DNA from: Octopus vulgaris
Taxonomy: Eukaryota
DNA: 64,000 bases
Direction: 5' to 3'
Assembly: GCA_951406725.2 (NCBI GenBank)
Contig: OX597826.1
Coordinates: 124,001 to 188,000 of the forward strand
Position 1 is the first letter of the stretch. Every line of letters starts with the position of its first letter. Under the pieces are notes generated by a model. The model made no database searches. It saw only the letters and a list, made by a program, of their open reading frames with translations, and had not been told where the DNA came from. Both the position numbers and the translations under genes were made by a program. Positions 1 to 12,935 of the stretch are shown here, in pieces.

Positions 1-797
1 AAGCCTATTAACCCGGAACTACCAGGCCAATGTGATGAAAAATGGAGCAGACCCAAAATGCCGATTCTGCAACGACATGATTGAAACAGTGGACCACCTA
101 ATCTCTGGATGTAAAGTCTTAGCACCAGTGGAGTATAAATTAAGACATGACAGAGTTGGCCAATATCTCCACTGGCTAATAAGTCGGCATTACAATATCA
201 AAACTGCCGACAAGTGGTATAATCACCACCCTGAGGCTGTAACTGAAGGAGAAAATGTAACCATTTGTGGGACTTTCCAGTACATACAGACCGAACCATC
301 AAGGCCAATAAACCAGATATTGTTGTGAAAGACCAAAACAATAAAGTTTGCTTATTGATCGACATGAGCATCCCCTGTGATCATAATATCTCAGCGAAAG
401 AGTTTGACAAGCTCAGAAAATATAAAGACCTACTCATTGAAATTGAGAAAATGTGGCATCTCAAGGCGGTTACAATACCAGTGATCGTAGGAGCACTAGG
501 AATGATCAAGAAGGGAACCGAAAATTATATGAGAATGATCCCTGGCTTACTATCCCTGCAAGAAGTGGAAAAGATTGTCTTAACTGGTACATCACACGTA
601 TTGAGAAGAGCATTGTCGATGTGAGAACTGTTGCTGCTCATGTATTTTAATTTAACTTTAAAAAAAAAAAAAAAAATGAACGAACTACTGAGTTTGGTTT
701 AATGGCCTACCAATGTATGCTATGAGTTTCTTTGCCCCAGGGAGTCGGGAAGACACTCGGCAAGAAATGGAAGCAAATTTGAAAGAAGAAAAAAAAG
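1..797 (+). mobile_element. 3' end of an R4/Dong-like non-LTR retrotransposon (restriction-like endonuclease clade), frameshifted
   Basis: ORFs 32-328 and 265-624 join into CRFC..ETVDHLISGC (CCHC knuckle), RHD, KPDIV..IDMSIP (PD-D/ExK REL nuclease), KYKDL and GALG; a 3' UTR follows and ends in (TAA)n at ~798. Confidence 0.85.
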
Positions 798-814
798 TAA
801 TAATAATAATAATA

Positions 815-883
<69 letters not shown>

Positions 884-925
884 ATATATATATATTTATA
901 TATATGTGTGTGTGTGTGTGTGTGT
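798..925. repeat. (TAA)n switching to (TTA)n, then (TA)n/(TG)n microsatellite
   Basis: Read directly; explains the poly-Ile ORFs. Confidence 0.95.
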
Positions 926-1327
926 ATCACACGGAAGTATGTTTTCGTCTTTTCTCCACTCTTTCACAAAGGCCAAGTAGGTTTGACATGTCAGATTCTG
1001 CTCTTCTCGTGGTAAACGTGCATATCGAAATCCCTCTCATATCGAACTCTCCTGTTTGACTAATTGTTATTGACTTGTAGAACCACCAGTTTTATTGGCT
1101 TCCAAACCCGATCTTGTCTATGATTGTATGAAATATTATGTGAATTTACACGTGGACGACACATTACTAAGGCGAGGAATTTGGGATAATCATTAATGAG
1201 TCAAATAAAATGCTGTGCCCTTTACAGTATTTGATTCAGTTTTCAGCAAATCACGCTAAGACTGATTTTACCTTTCATTCATTCGGAGACGCTAAAATAA
1301 AACACTAGTCTAATGTTTTCAGTGCTC

Positions 1328-1395
<68 letters not shown>

Positions 1396-1681
1396 TCTCT
1401 CAGTCTATCGGAATCGACTATTTTAAAGAAAGACAAGAAAGGAGCATTTGTATCGAGGTTCTACGAATCCTTTCATCATGGCTGTGTGAACTTGATAAGA
1501 AAAAAAGAAAAGAAAAGAGAACAGTCATACCGTTCCTACTGCTACTACTTCTACTGCCGGCGTGCACATACACACATTAAACTAAGAGCCAAAACAGCAA
1601 CGCTACAAGCAACAAACAAACGTGCATGATACAGATATGGATATCGAGAGAAAGAGATTGCAAAGACATCATCCTGCTTAC

Positions 1682-2222
1682 CTCCAGCCAGGAGTCTGAT
1701 CTTTCGGCATTGGCCAAGCATCACTGCGTTTGTGAAACCACCACTTCATGACCAGCTGATTGGATAAGGTGCGCTGGACGATAAGCTCGAGGCAAAATTT
1801 TGGGTTGATGTGGTAGGACGTACATGATGCTGGTAGGCGCCGTTTGTTGACCACTCTTTACGGAGGCAGAAAACCAGACAGTTTGAGCCAACTACTAGTT
1901 TGGACTGAGTGTTTGTGTATATTTTTTTTATGCAATAGGATGGATATCGCCAAAGTAAACAAAAAAAGAAACATAATTCAAATCCTACATTTTAAAAAAA
2001 ATAAAAAAAATATTTTAAAAAACGAACAAACGAAATTAAATGAACAGAAATTACTTTAGAGAACCGTGGGATAAGAAGATTGGTCGCAGCTGTTTAGGCG
2101 CAGATGGTTTGGCATGACTGGGTGGTTGGCATTCAGACTGTTTCGGCGACAGTATCGTTTGGTGCTGGTAGCAAACTTACGCAGACATACACGCATGCGC
2201 GCACAGAAATATACACATACTG
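1682..2222 (-). other. Possible first exon/5' UTR of a host gene (tentative)
   Basis: Non-repetitive, GC-richer sequence; minus-strand TCAGT initiator-like motif at ~2222-2218 downstream of (TC)n tracts; strong donor GAG|GTAAGC at 1682/1681. No recognisable protein. Confidence 0.25.
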
Positions 2223-3157
2223 ATCACACAGATAGAAAGAGCGAATGAGTGAGTGAGCGGTGGAGAGAGAAAGCGAGAGAGAGAGAAAGAGAAAGAGAGA
2301 GAAGGAGAGAGAAAGAAAGAGAGAGAGAAACATTACAATTATAATTGAACACGACTGATATAAACGCTTTCTCTCTGCTCATACACATAAAGGAAACATG
2401 CTTACACACATAAACATAGAGAGGGAGAGAGAGAGAGAGAAAAGAGGAAGAGGAGGGGAGAAACATTAAAACGAAGTATTAAAACGTCTAATGTCAAATA
2501 AGTCAGCGTCGAATCATCGATGCCAAATAAGTGATAGCAAAACGGTGGCAAAACTGCTATGTCAAGACATCCCATACCAAGAGAAACGAGTTTACTAGGG
2601 GGGTATCTCTTGTGGGTTGCGTGACCTCTTAGAAAGTGTAAGCAAATCTCCCTCACATCACGCCATACCACCATCAAAGAAGACGCGCTAGATAATGTGA
2701 ATAAGGTTGTCCCGAGTTCTCTGTCGATAAGGATAAACAAAGACAGGTTGGCCATGACTGGAATACTTTTGATTAAGGTCTACTGAATTAGGGCTGAATC
2801 TGGTGCTAAACAATAACAAGCAGAGACACCGAAGCATTCACTTTCTCTGATGTTTTACTTTTCCTCCCACTCCACTCTCTTCCCCTCCGCCTCCTTTATT
2901 AGGAGCCCTTGAGGACAGCTGCGTTCTGAATTTCAGAACAAAAGCCAGCTGCCTCAGATTGCAAACTAGACATTAAAACAGACGTCCTACTACGGCAACA
3001 AAAGCACATGTATACGTACTCACAATCATTGGGGAAAATAAAGATTTATTTATTGAGTAATATGCTGGTAAATGAAATAGTGAGATAATTAAAATCACAA
3101 ATAACAAAATAAATATCGTGAGAAAATTTAAAAAGAAAAATAAACGATCCACAAGTA

Positions 3158-5386
3158 CAGGTGTGCACATTACCATCGTATTTCTGTAGAGAGATGCATA
3201 AGTATATGCACTAATTTGAATAAAGAAAGACTACAGCTACTATTACAGTTTACTTATATGCTACAGCCATAAATTAGTTCAAACTAGGTTAAATATGTAG
3301 CTGCAGTTAAGGTGTAGAACATTATCTGTCAGTGTCACCAACGTCGTCATCAGGTTTCAGGTAAACCGATGATGGACCAGGAACAGGATTCTCAAGTGAA
3401 GTAGCATTACGAAAGAGGGCATTTTTAAAGACTTCTTCAAGTGTCATCTGTCTCATTAGCGTAAGTCTCTGATTAAGCAATGTCTCTTTAATTGAGTAAA
3501 CTTCCCTAATATGTTGTTCGCCGATAAATGCACGTTGTTCAAGGCTAGATATTAACTGATCTAAGGCGGCGAGCTAACTGAATCGTTAGCACGCCGGGCG
3601 AAATGCGTAGCCGTATTTCGTCTGCCGTTATGTTCTGAGTTCAAATTCAGCCGAGGTCGACTTTGCATTTCATCCTTTCGGGGTCGATAAATTAAGTACC
3701 AGTTACGTAGTGGGGTCGATGTAATCGACTTAATCTCTTTGTCTGTCCTTGTTTGTCCCCTCTATGTTTAGCCCCTTGTGGGCAATAAAGAAATAAAATA
3801 TTAACTGATCACAAATTTTCACCATATCGTCCATAGGATTTTTTAAACTTTTGTTCTCTATGTTGTCATCAATACTGTCTTCATTCTTATTTGTATTTCA
3901 TACCATTTCAGCAATTTCCTTATCAGTCAAAGAATGCACAACAAGTGCATCGTTATCAATGTTTAGCATTTATTGACTTACTCTTGTTACTGTTGATTCA
4001 TCAGCTTCATTCCAAGCATTCGCAACTGCGTAGGTAGCATCCTTAACAGCGAACTCTTTCAGACAGTCTTGCATTCTTACTCCTTTATTGACTGCATCAA
4101 GCACACAGCTCATAAAATTATTTTTGTAGTTGTTCTTCATGGAGCGTTAAATTCCTTGGTCACAAGGTTGTAAAACAGATGTCATACTGGCAGGCAAGTA
4201 AATGCCGAAAACATTAATTTTCACAAGAAGTTCGACAGGGGGATGTGCAGAGCAGTTGTCCAGGAAGAATAGAATTTTATAATTTTCTCCCAGTTCAGCT
4301 TACTTGCAATGGTACAAAGTAATTATGGAACTAGTCACAAAATATTTCTTTGCTTACCCATGCTTTCTTGTTTGTTGACTACGCCTTTCAGACATCTCGG
4401 ATGTTGGATTTGTCCAAAGACCGCCAACTTCACCGTGTATACCTGCAGCATTAACACATCCAAGAGTGGTCAAACTTTCCTTAGCATCCTTAAAACCTGC
4501 TGGTGCTGTCTCATCTGCCGTTGTTAAGGTTTTTCATGGAACGTAGCTGTTTCATCAGTATTGTAAATTTGTTCAGGAGAAAGGTTTTCATCAGATACGA
4601 TCTTGGCAAATTTATCTATGTAATTTTCCGCAACTTCATAATCAGCAGAAGCTTTTTCACTACAGATTTTCAGATATTTTACACCATGGTGCTTCTTAAA
4701 TTTCTGCAGCCAGTTTCTGAATATTGATACTCTCTTCAAATGCTGGATTCTTTATGATATATTCTAGCTTGTTTCGTGGCAAACAAACCATCCAGTGGCA
4801 TATGTTCCCTTCGTTGTCGAATCCATTCTATCATCACACGGTCAAGATGTTCATTGTTTGCCCTATCTTGAGTTTTCCTATCTTCCATTAGTCATCCCTC
4901 ACTTCAAAACTTCAGCAATTTGTCTTTCTGTTTCTTTAATTCATACACAGTGCTGGTTCCCACATCAGATCCTTCGGTGAGCCGCCGCACAGACACACAA
5001 CGATCAAGTTTCTGTACTAACTCCACTTTCTGCATAACTGATAATGATAAATGTTTCCTTTTCTTATCCTCGCTGTTATCCATTGGGGTATCTGCAGTTC
5101 TTTTTGACATTTTCAGGGTAAATTATATACAAAGTCACAAGAAACAACACATAGACAGCAAACAACGAATGGACGTCTTCTTCTACGAGTGCTGATCCAC
5201 ACCTAACGCTTGGTGGTAAGTGCTGACCAACCTGCAGAGCGTTACCACGTCATGCCTGAATGAGCCGGGTCACGTTGGTCAGCTGTTTGCGCACCAAATG
5301 ACCCCTGTTACGACGCACTCAATCCTCCACAAAAAAGTTTGGGGTTTTCCGGATTTTAGATTTCTAGATAAAGGATTGTGTACCTG
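3158..5386 (-). mobile_element. Tigger/pogo-family DNA transposon, degenerate DDE transposase (5110 to ~3360)
   Basis: HTH-psq N-terminus (KRKHLSLSVMQKVELV), WLQKFKKHHG, IYNTDETA, LFLDNCSAH, LPASMTSVLQPCDQG; terminus CAGGTACAC plus TA at 5386-5388; left end uncertain. Confidence 0.85.
3562..3797 (+). mobile_element. tRNA-derived SINE family A (Nin/Deu-like central domain) inserted in the Tigger element
   Basis: A/B-box-like head (gagttcaaattc), core CATCCTTTCGGGGTCGATAAATTAAGTACCAG, 13-bp target-site duplication ATATTAACTGATC at 3549-3561 and 3798-3810. Confidence 0.9.
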
Positions 5387-5389
5387 TAT

Positions 5390-6036
5390 TGCATTGCGTC
5401 AGTTTGTTTCGTTATGGGGTGTGAGGCAGTCTTTTGTTGTATTAATGTCTGTATTGTGTTGGGTGTGTAATGAGAATTGTGTTCTTCTGTTGAGTATTTG
5501 TCCTGCTGGTGGTTGTTTATTTTATTAGATATTTATTATATAGAGTGTCTCATGTGTTTGTGGATTGTTTTATTTGGGCTGTAATATTAAATGGATAGTG
5601 TCTTGCGTAGGATGTGGGCTGTTCCTAGCAGAGCTAGTTTTTGGATAGTGTGTAGTGTTGAGGGTCTAGGTATAGCTTCTACGTTTTTGTTCATGTGTTT
5701 TTTTTTATCATGCCCAACGCTCCAGTTACTAATTGCATTGTTTTCACCTTCATGCCCCACATCTTGAATGCTTCAATTTCGAGATCCTTGTACTTCCACA
5801 ATTTCTCAATTTCTTTTCCGCCAATATTTTGGTCAGAAGGGAATGCAATGTCTATCAGTAAGCAGGTGTTTTGTTTTCCAATCCTTAATTATTGTCTGAG
5901 ATTTAACTTTGATTTCTTTGTCAGTTTGAACAGACATATCCCATATGATTGTAACCTGCTTGTCATATACCTTGTTTGCCACACGTTTATACCATTTATT
6001 GTCAGGTTTTATATTGTAGTATTGGCATATTGCCCA

Positions 6037-6040
<4 letters not shown>
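5390..6040 (-). mobile_element. 5'-truncated R4/Dong-like LINE 3' fragment
   Basis: Minus strand reads WAICQYYNIKPDNKWY, IIWDMSVQTDKEIK, KYKDLEIE..MWGMK, VTGALGMIKK, GTAHILRKTLS, homologous to 1-624; its 5' side abuts (TAA)n at 6040-6157. Confidence 0.8.
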
Positions 6041-6071
<31 letters not shown>

Positions 6072-6072
6072 C

Positions 6073-6157
<85 letters not shown>

Positions 6158-6159
<2 letters not shown>

Positions 6160-6360
6160 GGCGTCGAACTGGCAGAGTCGTTAGTGCAGCAGAGAAAAAC
6201 GCTATGTGTATTTTTTTTTACACTTTACGTTCTGAGCTGAAATTTCGCCGGGGGGTCAAATTTGCCCGTCATCCTTTCGAAGTACAATTCAAGCACAAGG
6301 GACTGATGTAATCGACTACCCAACTGCTCATAAACTGATGGCCTCATGGCAATACTTAAA
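6158..6360 (+). mobile_element. SINE family A, degenerate
   Basis: Same head (aaggcg..ctggcaga..cgttag) and a partial core. Confidence 0.65.
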
Positions 6361-6423
6361 ACCACCATCAGAGAGAAAGAGAGCGTGAGAGGGAAATGTA
6401 TATTTGCATGTATGTATGTATGT

Positions 6424-6630
6424 ATATTTCTTTATTGTCCACAAAGAGCTAAATTTTTTTAAGTCGATTATATCGACCCCAGTGCGTAACTGGTACTTAT
6501 TTAATCGACCCCGAAAGGATGAAAGGCAAAGTCGACCTCGGCGGAATTTGAACTCAGAACGTAACGGCAGACGAAATACGGCTACGCATTTCGCCCGGCG
6601 TGCTAACGTTTCTGCCAGCTCACCGCCTTA
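6424..6630 (-). mobile_element. SINE family A
   Basis: Reverse complement of 3562-3797 with an internal deletion in the tail; sits in (TATG)n. Confidence 0.9.
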
Positions 6631-6660
6631 CCAGTGTATGTATGTATGTATGTATGTATG

Positions 6661-8620
6661 TGCCCCACACAACGGACCTCCACAATCCAGGCTTCACTTG
6701 GAGCAACGGTTTATTTTCACTTTACAGACTAATACCCCGCACGGACTCCAAAAACACAGCCCCCTCCTCTAAGTGACTGCGTCTCCACCTCCCGCAACAA
6801 GCAACTTTATTTCTTATTTCTTCCTTCTTTTCTCTTTTTTCTTTTTTTCTTTTCTTTGTCTTTTTTTCATTTTCTTTCCTTACGTGCTATTACGTCTTTT
6901 ATTTTATTTTATTTTATTATTTTATTGTTTTATTTTTTTTTGTTTATATTTTTAAAATTATTTTATTGTTTTTATAAATTATTGTTCTTATACACAAACA
7001 CATACACACACATACTCACGTATCCACGAACACACACATACCTCCAACACACCACACACATACAACATACATGCACATATACGCACACATATTTCCACAC
7101 ACATACACACACGCATACATACACAAATACACCCCCACACCCCCCACGCGCACACACACATATTCCCGTGCACGCACATACGTACACAAACGTACACACG
7201 CACAGGAATGCACAGAGACCTATCCCATCTAACCCCATGCACACACAGACACACATACCTTTAGACACACACACATAAACGTACACATAGCCACATACAC
7301 GCACCTACTCAAGCACACGCGCGTACACACAATAAAATGAACACAACCTGACACACACGCACATACACATACACGCACGTACATACGCACACAATACACG
7401 CACACACACACACATATACACGTACATACACACACACCAGCACAGATGCCCACATATACCTCCAATAAAAAATACTCATACAGATACGCACACACTTATA
7501 CACACATGGGCACAGACACACACGCACACACACGCACGTAAGCACACACACGCACACAAGAACACGCACGCACATTACGCCCACACAACTCCACCCCACA
7601 CACACGCATACACAAATTCACATACACACCGATACATATGCATACACACAATATATGCGCACGCACACACGCACACGAATGCACACACCAAAAACTCACA
7701 ACTCCACGGATACACGTATATACACCCATATACGCTTACACACATACATACAAACGCACACGTACACGCACACACAACTACACACACATACGACACGCAC
7801 GCACACACACACACACAAATGAACCCACACATACGTCCCATACACACGGCACACAATTATACATACACGCACACAATGATACATACATGTATACACACAC
7901 ATACGCACGTATAAGCACACACGCACACATACACTAAGTAAAGTACAGTTATTCGCCACACGCCCAAACTCTACGCATACACACACGAACACATACATAC
8001 ACACACACTACAAACAAAACTCACACACGATACATATACATACATGCACACACACACATACTTCAAACTAGCAGTACCTACTACTGACCTGGGGTAAAGA
8101 CAAAAATAGCCAATCCCAATTCCTTCTTCCTTGACCTTAAACATTACTAAGCCCTACAACACGCAAAGATTAACAGCCACAACCACACACACACACATAC
8201 ACACACACACGCACACACACACACACACACACACATGTTATCTTTGCACACATACACACACGTGTTATCTTTGCACACATACACACATACACACGCACGC
8301 ATACGCAGACCTTCGCGCACGCACATATCAACACTTACATACACATTCCTCCTCCTCTACCACTCTCCTGTCTTTGAAAGAACTTTTCTTCACCCATTTC
8401 CTTCCGGTCATTCAAAATGTGACGCCTGTGTACCGTTGGCGATCTTTTTTCCTCTGTCTTCCCTTCTCTGGATCTTTCTTTCTCCTATGTTTCCGACGAA
8501 GAGCTCCGCTCGAAACGTTAAACCCTCCTTCTTTCCTTCTTTCCTGAGCGTCCAATAATACTATATTTGTTCCACGTCCTGGCGTTGTTGTGTTTTTTGT
8601 GCTTTCTTGTTCGGATTAAC
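6661..8620 (+). mobile_element. 3' end of a Penelope-like element: GIY-YIG C-terminus plus long CA-rich pseudo-LTR/3' UTR
   Basis: RLHLEQRFIFTLQTNTPHGL at 6690-6750 resembles the PLE endonuclease C-terminal motif; hammerhead motif at 8489-8523; ends at (CT)n/(TA)n. Confidence 0.7.
8489..8523 (+). ncRNA. Minimal type-I hammerhead ribozyme motif (CCGA core variant)
   Basis: GTTT-CCGACGA-A-GAG(ctccg)CTC-GAAAC-GTT^AAAC; stem I GTTT/AAAC; stem III reduced to the palindrome ACGT. Confidence 0.65.
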
Positions 8621-8975
8621 TCTCTCTCTCTCTGTATATATATATATATATACATATATTATATTAAATTAGAGATAAAACCACTATTAGCCAAATCAAA
8701 CAGTGAAAATCATAAGCCAATCCATAGAAATAAAATTAATTAAAAAATATAAAATATAAAATATAAAAAATATAAAATTGCAAATTAAAATATTTAAATT
8801 AATGTTAAAATTTTAAAAATTATTTAAATAATTTAAACTTATAAATTTTAAATATATATATATATACTTTTATTATTATTATTTTATTTTATTTTATTTA
8901 TTTATTTATTTATTATTTTTTTTAACTATATAACTATCAAAAAGTATTAAAAGTTTAATATAAGAAAAAGAGTAA

Positions 8976-9076
8976 AAACACGACGATCAAGTTTCATGCC
9001 CGTAATCAATTCGAATAACAATAATTTAAATTCAATTAATAATTCGAATTATGGTTACAGTCAATCTTCAGGTTAA
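8976..9076 (-). ncRNA. Hammerhead motif with long stem II (left-arm copy)
   Basis: Minus strand CTGAAGA-t-tgactgtaacca...tgattacgggca-t-GAAAC-ttgatc-GTC. Confidence 0.55.
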
Positions 9077-10277
9077 TTGTAATATTTTAATAAATAATCA
9101 GAAATATTTAAACAATATTTTTAATAAATAAATAATATAACAATTTTACTTATAAAACTCTATTATCAAACTAGAAACTTAACAATTATGATTAGTATAA
9201 AAACATTGATTATAATGTTAAATATTAATTTTAAGGTAAGAAACCCACCAATAATCTAATATCAGTAATAGTCAATATCTAATTACATAAATATTTTTAC
9301 AAAAAAACTATTATATTATTAAAAACATAAAATTTAAATAATATATAAATTATCAATGAAAATATATAAATGTATATAAATATTATAATTAAGATCTAAA
9401 ATAATCTCTATAAATAAATATATATGCACATGTAATAAAGACCTAATAAATTAATTTTTCATATCTAAAGATGAAATAGCTAATTTCAAAAATATAATTT
9501 CAAAAAGTTTATTCGTAAGAATTTACTTAGCGATAGATATGTTGTTTGATAGCAAGTATACGAGTTATTTAAAGTTAGGTTTATGTATATACATGTATTA
9601 ATAGCATTAATTGTAGTTTTACATTTCTTATAATTATTATTTTAACTTATATATTGTCTTTTTAAATTGATACTTGCTAGTTTTATTATTCCCATTGATA
9701 AATATATTTATAGTATTTATTCGATACTATATAACTACGAATTGATTATTTCTTTAAGTATTTTAAATATAAGATTTCTGAAAAGCTATTATTTAGCCAA
9801 CGAGATATAAAGATAGTTAATTTGCTATAGCGTTCGTTTTAGATTGTTTGTTTGTATTTTTAAAATAGTTATTTCATCTTTAGATATGAAAAATTAATTT
9901 ATTAGGTCTTTATTACATGTACATATATATTTATTTATAGAGATTATTTTAGATCTTAATTATGATATTTATATACATTTATATATTTTCATTGATAATT
10001 TATATATTATTTAAATTTTATATTTTTAATAATATAATAGTTTTTTTGTAAAATATTTATGTAATTAGATATTGACTATTACTGATATTAGATTATTGGT
10101 GGGTTTCTTACCTTAAAAATTAAAATTAATATTTAGCATTATAATCAATGTTTTTATATAATCATAATTGTTAAGTTTCTAGTTTGATAATAGAGTTTTT
10201 ATAAGTAAAATTATTATATTATTTATTTATTAAAAATATTGTTTAAATATTTCTGATTATTTATTAAAATATTACAA

Positions 10278-10376
10278 TTAACCTGAAGACTGACTGTAGC
10301 CATAATTCGAATTATTAATTGAATTGAAATTATTGTTATTCGAATTGGTTACGGGCATGAAACGATCGTAATGTTT
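10278..10376 (+). ncRNA. Hammerhead motif with long stem II (right-arm copy)
   Basis: CTGAAGA (10283-10289), ~70-nt hairpin, GAAAC-GATC-GTA with palindrome ACGATCGT; stem I is weak. Confidence 0.6.
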
Positions 10377-10443
10377 TTACTCTTTATCTTATATTGAACT
10401 TTTAATACTTTTTGATAGTTATATAATTTAATAAATAAATAAA

Positions 10444-10480
<37 letters not shown>

Positions 10481-10755
10481 AATAAAATAAAATAATAATA
10501 ATAAATATATATTTAAAATTTATAAGTTTAAATTATTTAAATGATTTTAAATTTTAACTTTAATTTAAATATTTCAATTTGGAATTTTATATTTTTTTAA
10601 ATTAATTTTATTTTTATGTATTGGCTTATGATTTTCACTTTGATTTGCCTAATAGTGGTTTTATCTCTAATTTAATATAATATATATTTATACTATAAAA
10701 TTAGATCTAATCCTAAATCTAATTTTTCCCTGTAAGTTTGGATTTACTCTCTAAT

Positions 10756-10846
<91 letters not shown>

Positions 10847-11109
10847 GTGTGTGTGTAAGAAATACGTATATCATTGAAGAAAAATCGTAAAATATGTATG
10901 TCAGGCGACATAAATAATAACGATGATGATGATAATGTACATACATAAGCACATGCGCATACACACGTGCACGTACATACACATAAGAAAATGTGAGGTG
11001 CTTTTGTGCGCTGTGAAGAGAAGATATTTTGAGAAATTAAAGTAACTTTTTCTCTAAAACAGAAACAAAGAAAAACAAGCGCTTTAGATGAAGCGACTTT
11101 GTCAATTAC

Positions 11110-11660
11110 TCTGACCTCATAGTTCAAGTGGCACTTTATTTTGACCTCGAAAGGATGAAAGACAATACTAACATTGGCAGGATGTAAAGAGTGGGAGGAA
11201 ATGCTGCTAAATATTATTGTCCGACGTTAAGGATTATGCCAACTTACCAACTTATTAATGGCCTCAAATTTTGGCATAAGGCCTGAAATTTGAAGAAAGC
11301 GGCAAATCACTTTCGTCGACCAGTACTTGACTGTTATTTTATTCTATCGATCACGAATGAATGAAAAATAAATTTGACATCATCAGGAAATGAATCCCGA
11401 ACATAAAAAGCTGGAGGAAATTCTCTAAGCATTTTGTTTGATGTGCCAACAATTCTGCTAGCTAAGTACGTTTTCTTAATGATTTCTATGTTTGGTACAA
11501 AGCTAGTAATTTTAGGGGAGGGCTCAGTACTTGACTGTTACTTTATTTTATCGACCCTGAAACGATGAGAGGCAAAGCTGACCTTAGTGGGCTTTGGATT
11601 CACGATGTAAAGAATTGGAACAAATGCTGCAAGGCATGTTTTCCAACGTTTTGGCAATTC
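11110..11660 (-). mobile_element. Cluster of three old SINE family A copies
   Basis: Repeated ttttat..tcgac..gaaaggatgaaag-like cores at ~11140, ~11345 and ~11550. Confidence 0.65.
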
Positions 11661-11849
11661 TATGAATTAGGGGCATCAGATGAGGCGGACATTGTTAGAG
11701 CAGTTTACGATTTGTATGAGGGGCTTGCATAAAAAGGTGAGGGCAGGAAAGGGAGAGGAAGGAAAAGGGAGAGAAAGGGAGAGGAAGGGAGAGAAAGGGA
11801 AAGGAGAGAGAAAGGGAGAGGAAGGAGAACTGTAACAAAATGTATTCTT

Positions 11850-12267
11850 TTATTCTTTTACTTGTTTCAGTCATTTGACTGTGGCCAGGCTGGAGCACCG
11901 CCTTTAGTCGAGCAAATCGACCCCAGGACTTATTCTTTGTAAGCCTAGTACTTATTCTATCGGTCTCTTTTGCCGAACCGCTAAGTTACGGGGACGTAAA
12001 CACACCAGCATCGGTTGTCAAGCGATGTTGGGGGGGGGGGGGCAAACACAGACACACAAATACACACACACACATATATATACATATATATATACATATA
12101 TACGACAGGCTTCTTTCAGTTTCCGTCTACCAAATCCACTCACAAGGCTTTGGTCGACCCGAGGCTATAGTAGAAGACACTTGCCCAAGGTACCACGCAG
12201 TGGGACTGAACCCGAAACCACGTGGTTCGTAAGCAAGCTACTTACCACACAGCCACTCCTACGCCTG
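11850..12267 (-). mobile_element. tRNA-derived SINE family B, near full length
   Basis: Minus-strand head with B box (gggttcagtcccac), ccttgggcaagtgtcttctactatagcc segment, tail ..ctgaaacaagtaaaaga; partial copies at ~14500-14743, 22538-22715, 23700-23800, 35700-35812, 36220-36400, 39555-39710, 41050-41150, 42000-42200 and 56430-56590. Confidence 0.9.
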
Positions 12268-12424
12268 TATAATTACATAATTTACAAAATACTAATCACA
12301 TGGATGATGAAATGCACCTGACGTAGGGAAGCCTCTGACTCGGGCAAATCAAGAAATCCCACAAATCCAGGTTACTGACCAAAGGATCACAAGGTTATCT
12401 ATAGGCGCATAATGATGATAACGG

Positions 12425-12850
12425 CTTCTTATTTAAGCGCAAGGCCTGCAATTTTGAGAGAAGGAGGTTTAGTCAATACTACCAACCAGGTATTTGACCA
12501 GAACTTTATTTTATCGACCACGGAAGGATAAAAGGCCAAGTCAACCTTGGCGAAATTGATCGTAGAACGTAATGAATCGGAAGAAATACTCCAAAGCATT
12601 TTAAACAACATGCGAACGATTCTGCCAGATCCCAGTTTTTAAACAATTGTTTCTGATTTAGACACAAAGCCAGTAATTTTTGAAGAGAGAAGAGAGACTT
12701 ACTGGATACCATCCACCTCCGTATTTGACTGATACTTTATTTTATCGACTCTAGATGAAAGGTAAAGTTGAACATGACCGGATTTGAGCTCAGAATGTAA
12801 AGAACCGGAGCAAATACTTGAATGTGTTTTTCCAACACTCTAACTATTCT
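12425..12850 (-). mobile_element. Two degenerate SINE family A copies
   Basis: Nin-like cores at ~12510 and ~12745. Confidence 0.65.
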
Positions 12851-12935
12851 GGTAAGTTAATATGTTTATCTAATGGGATCGTAATTTTTCGTTTCCTTTC
12901 TTCTTCTCCTTCCCTTTTACTACACACGCACGCAC

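Larger units (their letters stand above)
8655..10757. mobile_element. AT-rich fold-back PLE (Naiad-like) with ~0.83-kb inverted arms (~8655-9497 and ~9855-10685)
   Basis: The arms are reverse complements (aattagagataaaaccactattag vs ctaatagtggttttatctctaatt); one hammerhead per arm; (TA)n on both flanks; 3' terminus cctgtaagtttgga shared with ~56700 and ~58640. Confidence 0.8.

Noticed and set aside
3562-3660. tRNA genes
   Set aside because: The A/B boxes belong to SINE heads; no complete cloverleaf.
6856-8344. Many overlapping His/Thr- or Cys/Val-rich ORFs (also 51725-52983, 59589-60181, 62486-63904)
   Set aside because: Translations of CA/TG/TA/TATC microsatellites, not genes.
9500-9850. 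Mitochondrial or endosymbiont insertion suggested by extreme AT content
   Set aside because: No organellar gene is recognisable; termini and ribozyme match the PLE family at 57135-58672.
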